This document shows positions 9,518-19,232 of a DNA stretch of 64,000 bases, piece by piece. Origin of the DNA: a virus (Duplodnaviria > Heunggongvirae > Uroviricota > Caudoviricetes); IMG/VR virus record IMGVR_UViG_3300010396_000003, positions 1 to 64,000 of that record. The stretch is one strand, 5' to 3'. Below the pieces are notes generated by a model. That model was not told the origin of the DNA. It saw only the letters and a program-made list of their open reading frames with translations, and did not search any database. The translations under genes and the position numbers were made by a program. Position 1 is the stretch's first letter; the number at the start of each line of letters is the position of its first letter.

Positions 9518-10248
9518 TTCCTTTTTGTCCTAACCGACTCTTTTGATTTCGGATGGACTTCGATTCCACCAACAATCGATACAGCATCCTTTCCGAGCCT
9601 ATCTACAATCGGTTTGATCTTTTTTTCGTCCGGTGAGAGAAACTCCTTCTTTACAAGTTTTGGATTAGTGATTACAAAGATCCAGCTTCTGCGCAGCGAT
9701 ATGCCAGCCTGCTTTGGAACAGAGCTCTGAACCATTATTGGAGGCGGCGGTGCAGATGCGGCTTGTTCAAGGACGATATCGGCCGCTTCATGCTCGCCGG
9801 CTGCGGCCAATTCGGCAGCCTCTGTCATGGCTTGCGCTTCCTGCGCTTCTTTGGCGAGCCGTTGTTCTTCATCACGGCGTTCCTGATCTTCCTTTTCGCA
9901 TTTCTGACGCCAAGCCTCTCGGCGCTCCTGTAGAAGGAGGTCGGCCTGTTCGTAAGGGCGCAACAGAATTGAACGTATTCCGGTGAGGAACTTGTGAACC
10001 TTATTGGCCGCTTCGATCGGTTCATCTATGCCGCGCTTTACCTCATTCTTCCTAGTGGCAATGATAGTCATGAGTGAACCACTCGCCTCATAATCATCAT
10101 TTGAATTGATCTGTAAATCCTTCGCTTGTGCGAGCGCAACCAGCGATTCAGATAGCGACTTTTGGATCTTCCCGGCGTCATACGTCGGCGCCATTGGCGG
10201 CGCTTCTGGTATAGCGACCAAATCTTTCTGTTCTGTATCTGTAGTCAT
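9514..10248 (-). CDS. hypothetical acidic coiled-coil protein
   Basis: 244 aa with a Glu/Arg/Ala-rich helical segment. Immediately upstream of the SPFH gene and translationally coupled to it. Confidence 0.4.
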   Translation of the reverse strand: MTTDTEQKDLVAIPEAPPMAPTYDAGKIQKSLSESLVALAQAKDLQINSNDDYEASGSLMTIIATRKNEVKRGIDEPIEAANKVHKFLTGIRSILLRPYEQADLLLQERREAWRQKCEKEDQERRDEEQRLAKEAQEAQAMTEAAELAAAGEHEAADIVLEQAASAPPPPIMVQSSVPKQAGISLRRSWIFVITNPKLVKKEFLSPDEKKIKPIVDRLGKDAVSIVGGIEVHPKSKESVRTKRK

Positions 10249-11207
10249 TAACGTCCCTGTCCGGCGGTCATTGTCTTGTCTGGTTCTATAGTTTGGGTGG
10301 CGACAACATTACCAACTGTAATTGCGTTACGAATTTCCGACAGGAACCCTTGTATCGCATTCGGAGAATGCGGCAAAAGAATGGTGTTGCTGTGATTGCT
10401 GCCGGCAATTTTTGCCAGAGTGTCAAAGTATTGTGTCAATACAACCATTGCCACCGCATCTTGCGGGTCAGAGTGGGTGGCATTAGCAAGATCCTCTACC
10501 GACTTGCGCAAACCCTCGATAATCGCTTGGCGTTCTCCAGCGATACCTTCACCCTGTAGAATTTTCGACTGTTTCTCCGCTTCTGCTTCCGCTACTAATT
10601 TGATCCGGTTTGCTTCACCTTGAGCCTTTGCAGCTTGCTGGCTCCGCTGCGCCGCCTGAACGGCATTCATTGCTTCCTTAACATCAACACTTGGAATTAC
10701 GTCTTTTATGAGCGTCTTGACGACCTCGTAGCCATAGTTTTCCATTTGATCGTTCAACGCCTTCGTAATATCGCCTCCCACTTGCGACTGTTGAGAATAG
10801 ACTTCATCGAGGTTCAGCGACGGCAAATGTCCAAGAATCGTGTTGTATGCAAGCGACGCCATTTGCTTTGTTGGTTCGGATATGTTGTAAAAAGCCTCCA
10901 TTGCTTTGGCCGGAAGAATCTTGTACTGAATGGACAGCGGCATTGAGATAAAAGTACCATCCTTCGTTTTTGCCTCAACGTTTGTATCGAACTGTTGAAC
11001 CTTAAGACTTAACCTGGCAACAACTTTATCAGTGAATGGATTTTTGAAGTTTAGTCCGGATGTGGCTACACACTTGAACTTTCCGAAGCGCTGGACAATT
11101 GCCGCACTCGCCTGCTCAACAGTAAAGAAACTATTGAATGCGACAATCAAAACAAAGATGCAAAGGATAGCCAATCCGAATAAACCGAAAATTCCAGTAG
11201 CGCTCAT
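10248..11207 (-). CDS. SPFH/band-7 (stomatin/prohibitin/HflKC-like) membrane protein
   Basis: N-terminal TM helix, SPFH core (IVQRFGKF...) and a C-terminal AQGEANRIKLVAEAEAEKQSKILQGEGIAGERQAI coiled coil typical of band-7 proteins. Confidence 0.75.
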   Translation of the reverse strand: MSATGIFGLFGLAILCIFVLIVAFNSFFTVEQASAAIVQRFGKFKCVATSGLNFKNPFTDKVVARLSLKVQQFDTNVEAKTKDGTFISMPLSIQYKILPAKAMEAFYNISEPTKQMASLAYNTILGHLPSLNLDEVYSQQSQVGGDITKALNDQMENYGYEVVKTLIKDVIPSVDVKEAMNAVQAAQRSQQAAKAQGEANRIKLVAEAEAEKQSKILQGEGIAGERQAIIEGLRKSVEDLANATHSDPQDAVAMVVLTQYFDTLAKIAGSNHSNTILLPHSPNAIQGFLSEIRNAITVGNVVATQTIEPDKTMTAGQGR

Positions 11208-11216
11208 ATCTTCTCC

Positions 11217-11858
11217 TTAGAGTCCTTTAAGGCTCATACTGTGATTCATTTTCCAGGTTGTGATGTGTAAAGCAGACCCAAAGACACTATAATCATGTTT
11301 GTCTTCAAAATCTTTTTTCTTGTATGTTCCATTGTCCAAAAGCTGGACGGCAACTCGCCGGCGCTTCATAAACCTACTAATTGGCGATGTTTCTCGGCCA
11401 TCAAATTCAGGCAATCCAAGCGCATATCCGGCAAGTTGGATCGCAACCCACGGCTGAATAATGACCGTTGTCTTGATATCGATGATGGCTTCATCGTTGT
11501 TGAAAAATCCTTCGCGGTCGATCCGCATGCCGTAATGCATTCCGTTGTACGTCGCAAAATGTTGACATTCGATGCGACGCGGCTTAAAGCCAGTATCTTC
11601 ACGAAACTTAATCCATCCCTCGAGTCGCCACTTGGCATCATCTGGAACCGAATCAAAATCAAGCGTACCTTCATCGTAATAATGCGTTGCCAGATGAACC
11701 GAATGCCCAAATCGCGACTTCTTTTCGAGAATGTCTTCACGAATACCATCGTAAGAAACGAGTCCAGAGTGATCAAGGCACCTAGTAACCGCCGGTATCT
11801 CAATTGATCCCCGATAGTAACGATGCGTCGCTTCATCAAATGAAAATCTTTCCGTCAA
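11217..11858 (-). CDS. PD-(D/E)XK nuclease (YqaJ/Cas4/RecB-like exonuclease)
   Basis: MRIDREGFFNNDEAIIDIKTT carries the D...E/D-x-K core. Confidence 0.45.
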   Translation of the reverse strand: MTERFSFDEATHRYYRGSIEIPAVTRCLDHSGLVSYDGIREDILEKKSRFGHSVHLATHYYDEGTLDFDSVPDDAKWRLEGWIKFREDTGFKPRRIECQHFATYNGMHYGMRIDREGFFNNDEAIIDIKTTVIIQPWVAIQLAGYALGLPEFDGRETSPISRFMKRRRVAVQLLDNGTYKKKDFEDKHDYSVFGSALHITTWKMNHSMSLKGL

Positions 11859-12466
11859 GCAGCAACCTTTGTCTCGTTAGCTGTAGCCAAAAATGACTTT
11901 TCGTCGGTTTCGAGTGCCAACTTCTGAGCAATCGCCCAGTCTTCTGCCGGCAAACTGTAGGTGTGCGGCGGGTGAATACAGAAATAGGATTCGATGTTTC
12001 GTGTTGATCGATTCAAACGCTCGACTCGCGCACCCGGCCGAACGCGGTAGAGCCGGTCGCCAACCTGTAATTCAAATGCATTGTCCTTTTCGAATTGCTT
12101 GTTCTGTTCCTCGGTTAGCAACGAACAGAGCAAAGACCGCGCGCGCTTTCGCGCTTCTTCGCGCTTCTTTTCCTCTTCCGCAATCTTCTGTTTTTCTTCC
12201 GGCGTCAATTCACGCGGTACTTTTAAATTGTATGTGCCGGACGCAAATACCCACTGCTCCAGATAGGATTGATAAGAAACGTTTGTCATAACCGTTATGG
12301 TTGCGGCCGTTCCTGTCTGGATATATTGAATGTAGGGATCGTAGGTGTAATTCCCCGTCGTGTAGTTACCCATCTGGTAAAGCATCCCAAATTGATTCAC
12401 GGAACTCATTGTGGCGGCCACCCCTCCGGATCGGACGGGACATACATTTCTTTTGCGACAACGCAT
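11855..12466 (-). CDS. hypothetical protein
   Basis: 203-aa ORF with a coiled-coil patch (EEKQKIAEEEKKREEARKRA). Confidence 0.35.
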   Translation of the reverse strand: MRCRKRNVCPVRSGGVAATMSSVNQFGMLYQMGNYTTGNYTYDPYIQYIQTGTAATITVMTNVSYQSYLEQWVFASGTYNLKVPRELTPEEKQKIAEEEKKREEARKRARSLLCSLLTEEQNKQFEKDNAFELQVGDRLYRVRPGARVERLNRSTRNIESYFCIHPPHTYSLPAEDWAIAQKLALETDEKSFLATANETKVAA

Positions 12467-12765
12467 TTGTGCCCGCTTTGACTTCCTTCGACATAAGCGT
12501 TGCGGAAATAGACACGCCGTCGCTTCGCTGAGCCGGATTCTTTTGGGTCAATGTAAATATGAAATCCTGCCCTATAGCCACCAATAATTCCGGTGTTTAC
12601 ATGACCACCTTTCGCGGTTATCCACTGATCAAGCGGAACCAATTTGGAATCATTTAAGCACATGACCGCGAATTCCGGCTTTGATTTCGAACCGGCAAAC
12701 TCCTTCCAACCGGTTTCGATTAAAGAGACCGGATCGAGCTTACTGTAATTCTTATCTAGGCACAT
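12406..12765 (-). CDS. hypothetical protein
   Basis: 119-aa ORF between recombination genes. Confidence 0.3.
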   Translation of the reverse strand: MCLDKNYSKLDPVSLIETGWKEFAGSKSKPEFAVMCLNDSKLVPLDQWITAKGGHVNTGIIGGYRAGFHIYIDPKESGSAKRRRVYFRNAYVEGSQSGHKCVVAKEMYVPSDPEGWPPQ

Positions 12766-12768
12766 TTT

Positions 12769-12993
12769 TCATCCACCAACCATTGCCGGTATTGCCAGAA
12801 TTCTTTCGGCATCGGGATCAAACGAATCAATTTGCTCACCTTGGTTACCCTTATTATTGACGCGGAAGGTGGCGTAGCCCTTAGACCGAAATTCATTAAA
12901 CCGCTTACGCGCCGCTTCTACTTGCGACATATCGCCCTTGTCCCACTGGAGGCGTGAATCACCAGTTTGATCGAGTATCGCTAGCGTTCCCAT
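12769..12993 (-). CDS. hypothetical protein
   Basis: 74-aa ORF. Confidence 0.3.
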   Translation of the reverse strand: MGTLAILDQTGDSRLQWDKGDMSQVEAARKRFNEFRSKGYATFRVNNKGNQGEQIDSFDPDAERILAIPAMVGG

Positions 12994-13013
12994 TTATTCG
13001 TTCTCCCTTCGGG

Positions 13014-14129
13014 TTACTGCCGTCCACCCGATTGAATTTCACTAAGGATGGATGCCAATTGAGATTTTTTGAGATCCTTCGGTTCGGAAACCTTGTGGTT
13101 TTGTTTGAGGTATTTTGTTACCTCATCCTTCTTCCAGCCGGCAGCAAATGATCTGTCCCAAAAATCCTTAATATCGGCTGGCAGAAGATATGGATCCTTG
13201 TCGCCGGTCAAAGTCTGTTCCTGGACCTGGGTCTGTACCTGTGGCTGTATTTCCGGTTCTTTTTGTGGCTGAATATTGATCGTTTCCGGTTCAACTTGGG
13301 TCTGTGCTTGTTGTTCCTCTTTATGTTCCGGAACCCGATCAGTCACGCGGCGTACTTCGGTAGGCACGGCTTGATGAATCGCGTCATTACCTTCGATATC
13401 GTCTCGTTCTTCGTAACGAGAAACAATTTCGGAGAGCTGTTGGAGTTTGCGACTCTTTGCAGGAAGGCGCTTTGCCAATTTGCGGATTGCGGATATCGTC
13501 CAGCCGCTTTCCCAAAAGGTTGTCCACTTATCGCTATTTGGTTGTTTTGAGCAGTTACGGCGCCGACCAATTTCCTCGAAATCAAGGTATTCATAATCGA
13601 TCGTTCCATCCATGAATTCAATTAGCGCGTATGCTCCGATTGCCGTTGGGCGCTTGCGCTCACCGTTGCCTGGCTGGTGATACAGAATTTTGCGGGGTGC
13701 AAGGTGGCGCTGAAAAGTATCGCTCTGATAGACAACTTCTGCCGTAAAGAGTTTAACGTCGCCGGTCTCATATGCTTTTTGGACGTAATACTTATAGGAT
13801 GGTTGAAACTGCGCCTGGGTGCCGTACTTGATAAGCCAGCCCATTCCAAGCGATGGATGTAGTGGGCAATCCGCCTCGGCGGCTTCAAATGCTGCAAGTA
13901 GGACACTGTTGGGATCGCAATCCGCCAGACTGCTTCCCGGTTTGCTGTTGGCAACCGATTTCTGGATAGCGGTCGTCAAACCAATCACAAATCGATTGGC
14001 CGCTTCCTCTTTAACCTCGCCTTCGCGCCGGGGGATACGATCCAAAAACTTTTCCTTCTGTCCGCCGATAAACTCGATCATGGTCTTGACTGGTTTGACG
14101 ATAGATTGTTGCTGTGCGGGAGCGGTCAT
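13014..14129 (-). CDS. RecT-like single-strand annealing protein
   Basis: CDPNSVLLAAFEAAEADCPLHPSLGMGWLIKYG...QFQPSYKYYVQKAYETG resembles the RecT core. Low-complexity Q/E/P-rich C-terminus. Confidence 0.5.
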   Translation of the reverse strand: MTAPAQQQSIVKPVKTMIEFIGGQKEKFLDRIPRREGEVKEEAANRFVIGLTTAIQKSVANSKPGSSLADCDPNSVLLAAFEAAEADCPLHPSLGMGWLIKYGTQAQFQPSYKYYVQKAYETGDVKLFTAEVVYQSDTFQRHLAPRKILYHQPGNGERKRPTAIGAYALIEFMDGTIDYEYLDFEEIGRRRNCSKQPNSDKWTTFWESGWTISAIRKLAKRLPAKSRKLQQLSEIVSRYEERDDIEGNDAIHQAVPTEVRRVTDRVPEHKEEQQAQTQVEPETINIQPQKEPEIQPQVQTQVQEQTLTGDKDPYLLPADIKDFWDRSFAAGWKKDEVTKYLKQNHKVSEPKDLKKSQLASILSEIQSGGRQ

Positions 14130-14509
14130 ATTTTCCTCTTTCTTAATTGTCTTTCTATAATCCTCGCTAAATGTGATGACAATGATCTGGACGCCTTCTT
14201 CGCATCTCTGATCAACAAGAGTCTTATACTTTCCGGAATATAAACAGATATTCCTTCACGTATCCTCGATGGTATTGGTTCGGAATGGCGTTTAATGTAG
14301 GAGCGAATAGTCTGAGAGTCTTTAAACCATTCTCCATGTACGTTCAGTGCCTTAAATTTACGATGAAATCTAGCTTCATCATCTCTAGAACCGGGTACAA
14401 CACCAAGGAGCTTAGTTTGAAGATTTTCGGCTCGTGCCACGGGATTTGTTGAGAACCCGATTTTAATTAGGTTTCCGCGCTCCGAAAAATAGACCCACGA
14501 TTTCTTCAT
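14126..14509 (-). CDS. T5orf172/MUG113 (GIY-YIG-like) domain protein
   Basis: VYFSERGNLIKIGFSTNPVARAENLQ...GEWF matches the T5orf172 pattern. Confidence 0.45.
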   Translation of the reverse strand: MKKSWVYFSERGNLIKIGFSTNPVARAENLQTKLLGVVPGSRDDEARFHRKFKALNVHGEWFKDSQTIRSYIKRHSEPIPSRIREGISVYIPESIRLLLIRDAKKASRSLSSHLARIIERQLRKRKI

Positions 14510-14667
14510 TTTTTCGACAATCCAACCCTAATTAATCGCTCAGCCACCTTGGAATTCGACCGCTCCTCTTTCCTGGCTATGGATTCGATTGCTTCCAGCA
14601 ATTCCACGGGAATGTAGATAGAAAAGGTTACAAATCTCGAACCCTTCTTCGCTTTTTCTTCTGCCAT
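14506..14667 (-). CDS. ribbon-helix-helix (CopG/Arc-like) transcriptional regulator
   Basis: 53-aa ORF, not in the supplied track (<60 aa): MAEEKAKKGSRFVTFSIYIPVELLEAIESIAKEERRSNSKVAERLIRVGLSKK. A beta-strand then two helices typical of RHH. Its stop overlaps the start of the T5orf172 gene (ATGA). Consensus sigma70 promoter just upstream. Confidence 0.45.
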   Translation of the reverse strand: MAEEKAKKGSRFVTFSIYIPVELLEAIESIARKEERSNSKVAERLIRVGLSKK

Positions 14668-14680
14668 GATTGATGGACGA

Positions 14681-14708
14681 AATATACAGGAACGCTTTTT
14701 TGTGTCAA
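14681..14708 (-). promoter_or_regulatory. sigma70-type promoter for the minus-strand RHH operon (TTGACA-16nt-TATATT), nearly leaderless
   Basis: Reverse complement of 14703-14708 is TTGACA, then a 16-nt spacer, then reverse complement of 14681-14686 is TATATT. The ATG of the RHH ORF lies about 13 nt after the -10. Confidence 0.5.
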
Positions 14709-14924
14709 TAGTAAAAATATATTTTTTCTATAGGCTGTGGAAACTACCAACTATTGAAGAAAAACCACCAAGCGGCTAAACCAATTCCGCTTATGCCGAC
14801 GATAATCAGCGCGACCGCAAGTAGAATTATGGCTAGAATACGCACATAGAGTTGAGTATGTATTCTCATTGCGTAGGAAGGTACATTAAGGCGAAGGAAA
14901 AGGGAATACTAATTATTCGCTGGA

Positions 14925-14980
14925 ACGTAGCGGCGTTTTATGTTATAATGGTACCGTAACTTGTAAATAAAGGAGTAACT
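14925..14980 (+). promoter_or_regulatory. extended -10 promoter (TGtTATAAT) and AGGAG RBS for plus-strand gene 14981-15352
   Basis: tatgTTATAATgg at about 14947-14956 and aaaggagtaactATG immediately before 14981. Confidence 0.5.
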
Positions 14981-15352
14981 ATGCGCTACGTTTCGTTGTT
15001 AGCTGTGCTCTTGATGTTGGGACCAATCGCTTCGGCAAAACCACACTGGTATTCCAGTAAAAGATTTTGGATTGCCCTTGGTATTCAGACTGCGGCAATG
15101 TCGGCAGATTACGCGGAATCACAGCATGCATTTCACCATGGCGCTATTGAGGCTGATCCGCTATTTGGTGAACGGCAGCCGAGCTTTGGAAGGATGTTTT
15201 CTATCGGATTGCCAATTGAAGTTGGCTATGCTTATGCGGATTACAAATTATCCGTTTCTAAACATAAGCTACTGCGTATTATTTCGCCGGCGCCAACTCT
15301 CTATCAGGTCGAAGAACATTCTTATTTGGCGGCAAAGGCAGCCAGTTATTGA
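14981..15352 (+). CDS. secreted hypothetical protein (signal peptide)
   Basis: Only plus-strand gene in the first 44 kb. N-terminal LLAVLLMLGPIASAKP signal peptide with its own promoter and RBS, so it looks like a moron-type accessory gene. Confidence 0.5.
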   Translation: MRYVSLLAVLLMLGPIASAKPHWYSSKRFWIALGIQTAAMSADYAESQHAFHHGAIEADPLFGERQPSFGRMFSIGLPIEVGYAYADYKLSVSKHKLLRIISPAPTLYQVEEHSYLAAKAASY

Positions 15353-15627
15353 TTCTGATATTTCTCAACGAAATCTCCGACCTGTGATAGGGCAATCGCT
15401 TTTGCTACCATAGCATCGATTGAATTTTGAAGTTCCTTCTCTGCATCCGCCTGCACAAAATTCAAGCTACTATAGCTAATCGACTTCTCCGCTTTATGAC
15501 CATTACACTCCGCCGTGATCTTCTGACTGTATTTTGTTATTGCCACTATCGTCAGCGTCACCCTGTAATCGTCTTTCGTGACAATCTTCTCTATTTTTTT
15601 AGTTTGATCCATATATCCAAACCTCAT
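15346..15627 (-). CDS. hypothetical protein
   Basis: 93-aa ORF at the 3' end of the tail operon. Confidence 0.3.
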   Translation of the reverse strand: MRFGYMDQTKKIEKIVTKDDYRVTLTIVAITKYSQKITAECNGHKAEKSISYSSLNFVQADAEKELQNSIDAMVAKAIALSQVGDFVEKYQNQ

Positions 15628-18600
15628 AAATATCCCATAAAGGAGGTGTATTGACAGAAAATTTTACTTGAACCAAGTTAAGTGGTTGGTTGGGACTCAG
15701 AGATATGGTATCGGTCTGTAATGGACGTGAGCCTCCAACAAAACTGTAAATTGTGGTCCATGTATTGCCACCATCGAGACTATATGAAACAGTTCCATCA
15801 CCACTGTTTGGTCTAACCTGAGAAAGTAGATTTAGCGTTAACGCATTCCACTTCTGCGTGAGAGGAGGAAAGCCGGCGTGAATCCAATTTCTAGGTCCAC
15901 CAACTGCAATTGTTGCGAATGTAGAAAAATTACCGTCAGCCCATGCGATTAATGTGCCAGACGGTCCCATGGGTTGCCAGGCCGTGCTTATTCCATCATC
16001 TTGCAGTAGAGTTGGGGAAATTAATATATTGTTTCCACTTTGCGCGCCTGTTCCGCCATCGGAATTTCCTACAGTTCCCTGCGATGATCCGGCCGTCGCT
16101 GTTCTGATACTACCGACAAAAAATCTCCATTGTCCGTCAATGGCATTTTCTTTGATCGTATCGTGCTGATAAATTACAGTGCCTCCCTGAGGAACTGTAA
16201 TTCCAAGTGGTGGAGGATCATCGAAAAACACATAGATCAAAGTATCGTAAGGTAATCCTGTTATCGATGCGCCGGAAAAGTTAAGATCAGCATAACCGCC
16301 AAGTCGCATTGTAAATGGCGCAATTACAATTGTTGCGCTCGATCCACCATCCACACTCGTGAGGGGATTGCTTAGTGGAATGTAACCGGTCCATGCCGGC
16401 GATGCTGTATTAAGAGCTCCGCTTTCAAGATCTACCGCACCTGGTCCACTACCGGCAAGAAAGACCGGGAAAATATTGACACTTCCCAGTTGTTGCGTCT
16501 GATTTCCAAAAGAATTGAACGAGAGCGCTTGTAGAAATATCGTGCTTCCGACAAGAGATGGATCGTATTGATATGCGATCGATGCTTCATCTAATCTGAG
16601 AAACGTATCGTTTGTAGAATGGCTGCTAGCCGACGTTCCCATTAAACCGCGATAAAGTGTTGTCAAATTATAATCGGGTCCGGTTGGTGGCGTTCCTGCT
16701 CCAGTAAGGGTAGCTGTTTCATACGAAAGAAATTCATAATTTCCGTTCGTTATTATTACAGATAACGTTACAGGGAAACTCTGGCTTGCTGCCGCGCTAG
16801 ATACACTTTCTAATGTCGAAAGTGGTGTATTCATGGATACAGAAAGTGTGTTAGTAGTATCGGGATTTGAGCCACCATAGGATGCTAGGTTAGCCGTTAA
16901 TAGTCCATGCCTTGCAGGTGTGCTTACTTGACCATTTGGGCTTTGTTGTGTAATTAAAGGATTATAAGATGTTGTCGACCAGGCGGCCGCCTGTGGATTT
17001 GTAACCGGTGTACTTGAAATTGTTCCTGAATAGTTGGCTGTAAACCCGGCGCTACTTGCTGAAGCCACAGTCACAGATGTCTGATCAAGGATCGTATTGG
17101 TATCAAAAAATGTAACAACATCTCCGATCACAACTGCATTAGAACCAGTATTCGTTCCTGTTACAGTAAGGGTTCCGCCGCCGGCAACAACGTTCGTAAT
17201 TAATACACAAGAATGAACACCGAGTGCCATATAAATTGTGCAACCACCCCAATTCGGTGTATTGCCACTTACAAAAAGATAAAGAATATTGCCAGCATAA
17301 AGATTGGCGCGCGAAGGAACTTCGACAATGATAAGATTTGTGTCGCCCGCTGATAATTGTCCAATACCGACCGGCATAGATGGAATAATCGGCTGTTTCG
17401 GATAAAGACTTGGATTCCCGGTTGCCCAAGGAAAATCTTCGGCAGTAATCGTTATTCCCTTTTCAGGATCATCAACCATCTTAATAATGCGAGCCGCAGT
17501 GTTAGATAGCCCGAGAATTGAATCATTTATTTCGATGATATCCATTGGATCAAGCCAGATAAAAGTGCTCGGAACTCGGAAGATATAAGTGTTGCGAATA
17601 TAAACATTACGCTGAACCCTCATGTTCGCGGCGAACTGAGCTGCTGGTAATGTGCAAATAAAATCATAAGATTTCGGAGGTTCTAATCTTAAGCCAAATT
17701 GCTCAATTGCCGCGTCGTCAGATTCCACACATACGTCGCTGTTGTAATTATTAGTACGAACATTCCATTCAACTTCGACACGGTTATAAGCATCTTGCCA
17801 TGCGGAACGACTAACCTTGATCGGCGCTTCGGTCTTATCCATTACATAGTCGGAATCTCCGAATGAATACACAGGTTGAGTCGGGGGTGTATATTGAACA
17901 CCATTGGCAATTGCTGTCGTCGTTCCAAAAGGCATACATTTCATTACGCCTTCAGACCAAAACACACCAACTTGCCCGGCTTCACAAATTTCTCCTATGA
18001 CTGAGGCGACCGATCTCTGACTCTCAAGGAAAAGGCTTATAAAGAAATTGTTTGCCACCCAAAAATCGTGCGCAATTCCTTGTAGGCTATTATCAATAAA
18101 TGCTCCTTCAAACCCGATACCAAAGTAAGGATTTGTCAGTAATTGTTGGATGCAATCTGATGGAGAAGCATCTACGATACCATTTCCAAATTGATAAGGT
18201 CCGGCAATTTCAAAACTGAAATTTGGAACTTCTGGAGTATATCCAAGATAGAGTCCATTACTTGCTACATATGAAAGTTGTGTATATCCGATAGCTTCGC
18301 CAGGGAAATTTGAGCTTAAATATGACCAGGGCGCCTGCCCTTGAGCGCCCTCAAAAAATGTGAGGTTTAGAGTGTTTGGAGCATTGTTATCAATATTTGG
18401 ATTCTTATAACCATATTGAATTGTTACTCCCTGTCCGGCGTCGCCAGGATTGAATAGATACTTTCCGCTATTTGGATTGTATTCTCCAATTGAAGGACTA
18501 CCACTGGTCGGCGTTAACGGCACTCCAGATGGATAATACGATACACCGAAATCAGCATAATAATAAGGTTGATTATCTACCGTTATTTGATATGGCGGCA

Positions 18601-19231
18601 AGAATGGAACAATCGAAACCTCTTCGTTTATATTATTATATCTATAATAAGAATATGTGATTGTTATCTCTGACCCTGTATCTGCTGAGTTGAATGTATA
18701 CGTTCCCGTAGTAGGGTCAATATGGTATTGTCCGGGTCCTGGAGATGTTGAGACACGACTAAATGGGACTCGCTGCGTTCCGGAATACGTAATGGATCCA
18801 GGCGAGCCATAATCATTAACGGTGACACTATATGGCGAAGATTTCCCAGTTCCCTGGTCTTGCGCGAAAAGAGCTGCTTGGGATACCGTATAATTGTAAG
18901 AAGGTCCGGTAACTGTATATGTTTCCGATACATTTTGAACGACGAACTTACCCGTACTATCCCAAACACTTAGAAGATTTATACATTGACCGTAGCAAAG
19001 AATGGCAATAATCGACGCAGAATATACGTATTGCGTTCCAGACTTTCCTAGGCCGGACCCACCTGGTTGACTTGCCTTCTTTGATGAAAAGGCGCCGTAC
19101 CATACGAGCGTGGAAGCTATTCGGCGCTGACCAATAAGGATAGGAATGGCTTTACCAAGGATTGCTTGGTTTGTGAAAATGTGGTTGTATCGCGTTGAAA
19201 CATATTGCTGTCTTTGTGTTAACAATCCCAT
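15599..19231 (-). CDS. tail host-specificity/central fibre protein (GTA gp15 / lambda J-like position)
   Basis: 1210-aa Ser/Thr/Gly/Asn-rich beta protein immediately after the NlpC/P60 tail peptidase, in the position of the host specificity protein in GTA-like tail modules. Confidence 0.55.
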   Translation of the reverse strand: MGLLTQRQQYVSTRYNHIFTNQAILGKAIPILIGQRRIASTLVWYGAFSSKKASQPGGSGLGKSGTQYVYSASIIAILCYGQCINLLSVWDSTGKFVVQNVSETYTVTGPSYNYTVSQAALFAQDQGTGKSSPYSVTVNDYGSPGSITYSGTQRVPFSRVSTSPGPGQYHIDPTTGTYTFNSADTGSEITITYSYYRYNNINEEVSIVPFLPPYQITVDNQPYYYADFGVSYYPSGVPLTPTSGSPSIGEYNPNSGKYLFNPGDAGQGVTIQYGYKNPNIDNNAPNTLNLTFFEGAQGQAPWSYLSSNFPGEAIGYTQLSYVASNGLYLGYTPEVPNFSFEIAGPYQFGNGIVDASPSDCIQQLLTNPYFGIGFEGAFIDNSLQGIAHDFWVANNFFISLFLESQRSVASVIGEICEAGQVGVFWSEGVMKCMPFGTTTAIANGVQYTPPTQPVYSFGDSDYVMDKTEAPIKVSRSAWQDAYNRVEVEWNVRTNNYNSDVCVESDDAAIEQFGLRLEPPKSYDFICTLPAAQFAANMRVQRNVYIRNTYIFRVPSTFIWLDPMDIIEINDSILGLSNTAARIIKMVDDPEKGITITAEDFPWATGNPSLYPKQPIIPSMPVGIGQLSAGDTNLIIVEVPSRANLYAGNILYLFVSGNTPNWGGCTIYMALGVHSCVLITNVVAGGGTLTVTGTNTGSNAVVIGDVVTFFDTNTILDQTSVTVASASSAGFTANYSGTISSTPVTNPQAAAWSTTSYNPLITQQSPNGQVSTPARHGLLTANLASYGGSNPDTTNTLSVSMNTPLSTLESVSSAAASQSFPVTLSVIITNGNYEFLSYETATLTGAGTPPTGPDYNLTTLYRGLMGTSASSHSTNDTFLRLDEASIAYQYDPSLVGSTIFLQALSFNSFGNQTQQLGSVNIFPVFLAGSGPGAVDLESGALNTASPAWTGYIPLSNPLTSVDGGSSATIVIAPFTMRLGGYADLNFSGASITGLPYDTLIYVFFDDPPPLGITVPQGGTVIYQHDTIKENAIDGQWRFFVGSIRTATAGSSQGTVGNSDGGTGAQSGNNILISPTLLQDDGISTAWQPMGPSGTLIAWADGNFSTFATIAVGGPRNWIHAGFPPLTQKWNALTLNLLSQVRPNSGDGTVSYSLDGGNTWTTIYSFVGGSRPLQTDTISLSPNQPLNLVQVKFSVNTPPLWDIYEVWIYGSN

Positions 19232-19232
19232 T

